In this document: positions 62,497 through 64,000 of the stretch, piece after piece
How the letters are laid out: the number at the start of each line of letters is the position of its first letter
Position numbering within the stretch: the first letter of the stretch is position 1
DNA from: Peptococcaceae bacterium
GTDB taxonomy: Bacteria > Bacillota > Peptococcia > DRI-13 > PHAD01
Reading direction: 5' to 3'
DNA: 64,000 nucleotides
Assembly: GCA_040767105.1 (NCBI GenBank)
Contig: JAXGPE010000002.1
Coordinates: 5,392 to 69,391, forward strand
Translations under genes and position numbers: made by a program
Notes under the pieces: model-generated
What the model was told of the DNA's origin: nothing
Seen by the model: the letters and a program-made list of their open reading frames with translations, nothing else
The model's database searches: none

Positions 62497-64000
62497 ATGC
62501 TGGTAAAAGAACTTATTGCTGAGAATAGCATCCTTTGCTCTTCGGGCACAAAAATTGGTCTTGCGGCACAAATGCTTGCCCGTTCTGACTCTCCGCGTAT
62601 CGCAGTGTTGCACAATAACAAAGTTGCCGGAATCTTCACAGCCCGCAGTCTTGCTCAGGCATATCTCGATCACGCTTCACTTGAAACCCCTGTAGACAAT
62701 TACCTTGAAAAAGCTATGCTTATCAGTCGCAATGCAATTTCTTCCGAACTGTTGCCCTATCCCCTCGAGCAGACGATCATTGTTGATGACGAGGGACATT
62801 TTGTCGGATTCATTTCTTCGAACAAATTAGCCGCTTCCCTGCGCAGTCAACGCGACAGCGCAAGCGGCAACCTGGAAGCTATTCTATCCGCGAGCATCAA
62901 CTGCATTTTATGCATTGATACGAAACATAAAATAGCCTACCTGAATGAAAGAGCGGCCAAGCTCATCGGGCTTTTGCCCGAAGATGCACTTGGCCGTGAT
63001 ATCAATCAGCTGATACCCAACAGCCGCCTTCCGGAAATTCTGAAAACCGGCCAACCGGAAATCGGCTATCGTTTCGAATTCAGCGATAAACATTTTATAA
63101 CCAATCGTACTCCAATCCTGCACAAAGGCTCAACCATCGGCGCTTTAGCAATCTTCCAGGATATCACCGAGATGCAAACCGTGATTGACGAATTGAGCAA
63201 TGTGCGGAAATACAAAGAAACCCTGGAGACTATAATCGATAATGATTATGACTGTGTAGTCGTAGTCGACACCGAAGGTATCATTACCATGTATAACAAG
63301 GCTTATGAGAAATTTATCGGTATTCCCAAGGACAAAGCCGTTGGCAAACACGTTACTGAGGTCATCGAAAACACGCGGCTGCACATCGTGGTTAAAACTG
63401 GAGTCCCTGAGCTTGCCGCTTTGCAAAAGATCTGCGGACGCGAAATGATTTGTAACCGCGTACCCATAAAGGAGAACGGCAAAATTATCGGAGCTATAGG
63501 TAAAACAATGTTCCGGGACTTCAATGATTTTAATGCTTTCGTTGAAAAATTCAGTAAAATGCAGGTCGAGCTTGAATATTACCGGGATATTGTGAAGAAA
63601 ATCCAGGGTACCCAATATACCTTCGATCATATAATCGGAGCTAGCCCGGAAATGCAAGAGCTTAAAGAAATGGCCCAAAGAGCAGCTCAACGTAATTCCA
63701 CCGTTCTGGTTCGCGGCGAAAGTGGGACAGGCAAAGAACTTTTCGCGCATTCCATTCATTACGCAAGTCCACGCAAAAACGGTCCCTTTATCAAGGTGAA
63801 CTGTTCGGCTATCCCCGAAACTCTTCTGGAATCAGAACTTTTCGGTTATGAAGAAGGTTCTTTTACCGGCGCCAAGAAAGGCGGAAAGCCGGGTAAATTC
63901 GAGCTTGCCCACCGTGGGACTCTCTTCCTTGATGAAATCGGCGATATGCCCACAAATATGCAAAGCAAGCTCTTGAGGGTCCTGCAGGAAAAAGAATTGG
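62497..64000 (+). CDS. sigma-54-dependent activator with CBS-like pair and two PAS domains (truncated by window end)
   Basis: Frame open from ATG 62497 to the end by my translation; [30 protein letters not shown]; absent from ORF track because there is no stop. Confidence 0.9.
   Translation, partial: MLVKELIAENSILCSSGTKIGLAAQMLARSDSPRIAVLHNNKVAGIFTARSLAQAYLDHASLETPVDNYLEKAMLISRNAISSELLPYPLEQTIIVDDEGHFVGFISSNKLAASLRSQRDSASGNLEAILSASINCILCIDTKHKIAYLNERAAKLIGLLPEDALGRDINQLIPNSRLPEILKTGQPEIGYRFEFSDKHFITNRTPILHKGSTIGALAIFQDITEMQTVIDELSNVRKYKETLETIIDNDYDCVVVVDTEGIITMYNKAYEKFIGIPKDKAVGKHVTEVIENTRLHIVVKTGVPELAALQKICGREMICNRVPIKENGKIIGAIGKTMFRDFNDFNAFVEKFSKMQVELEYYRDIVKKIQGTQYTFDHIIGASPEMQELKEMAQRAAQRNSTVLVRGESGTGKELFAHSIHYASPRKNGPFIKVNCSAIPETLLESELFGYEEGSFTGAKKGGKPGKFELAHRGTLFLDEIGDMPTNMQSKLLRVLQEKEL

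Noticed and set aside
63145..63759. 204-aa minus-strand ORF and the many other antisense ORFs in the track
   Set aside because: They are shadows of well-supported genes on the opposite strand, without their own RBS or motifs.
63856..63873. GSFTGA instead of GAFTGA as loss of sigma-54 contact
   Set aside because: This is a common natural variant that keeps the F and T residues.
1..64000. CRISPR array, tRNA/rRNA, prophage or defence system
   Set aside because: I saw no repeat-spacer periodicity, RNA gene signatures, or phage or defence domains by eye.

Overview
Chromosomal segment of an anaerobic Firmicute (Clostridia, Peptococcaceae/Syntrophomonadaceae-like by gene content; an inference). 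Left to right: an SDR, archaeal/SCP2-type thiolase and DUF35 operon behind a tandem palindromic operator; hcpR/cupin/hcp; atoDA with an IS6-family element inserted just upstream; a GH73 cell-wall hydrolase and a TraB-family gene; a six-gene hydrogenase-4-like (Ehr) complex whose large subunit lacks NiFe ligands, followed by three permeases; a purE-purD operon without purK ending in glmS; paaK-iorAB behind a long structured leader with a Tyr-containing mini-ORF; pflBA under a ZMP/ZTP riboswitch; a thioester-less alpha-2-macroglobulin coupled to an exported Memo-family lipoprotein; asd under a lysine riboswitch; and a TRAP/CoA-transferase/SDR/thiolase cluster opposite a CBS-PAS-PAS sigma-54 activator that runs off the window end. 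Genes up to ~40 kb read as intact. From ~40.2 to ~60.7 kb many carry single-base indels, most likely sequencing error. All calls are by eye; no searches were run.
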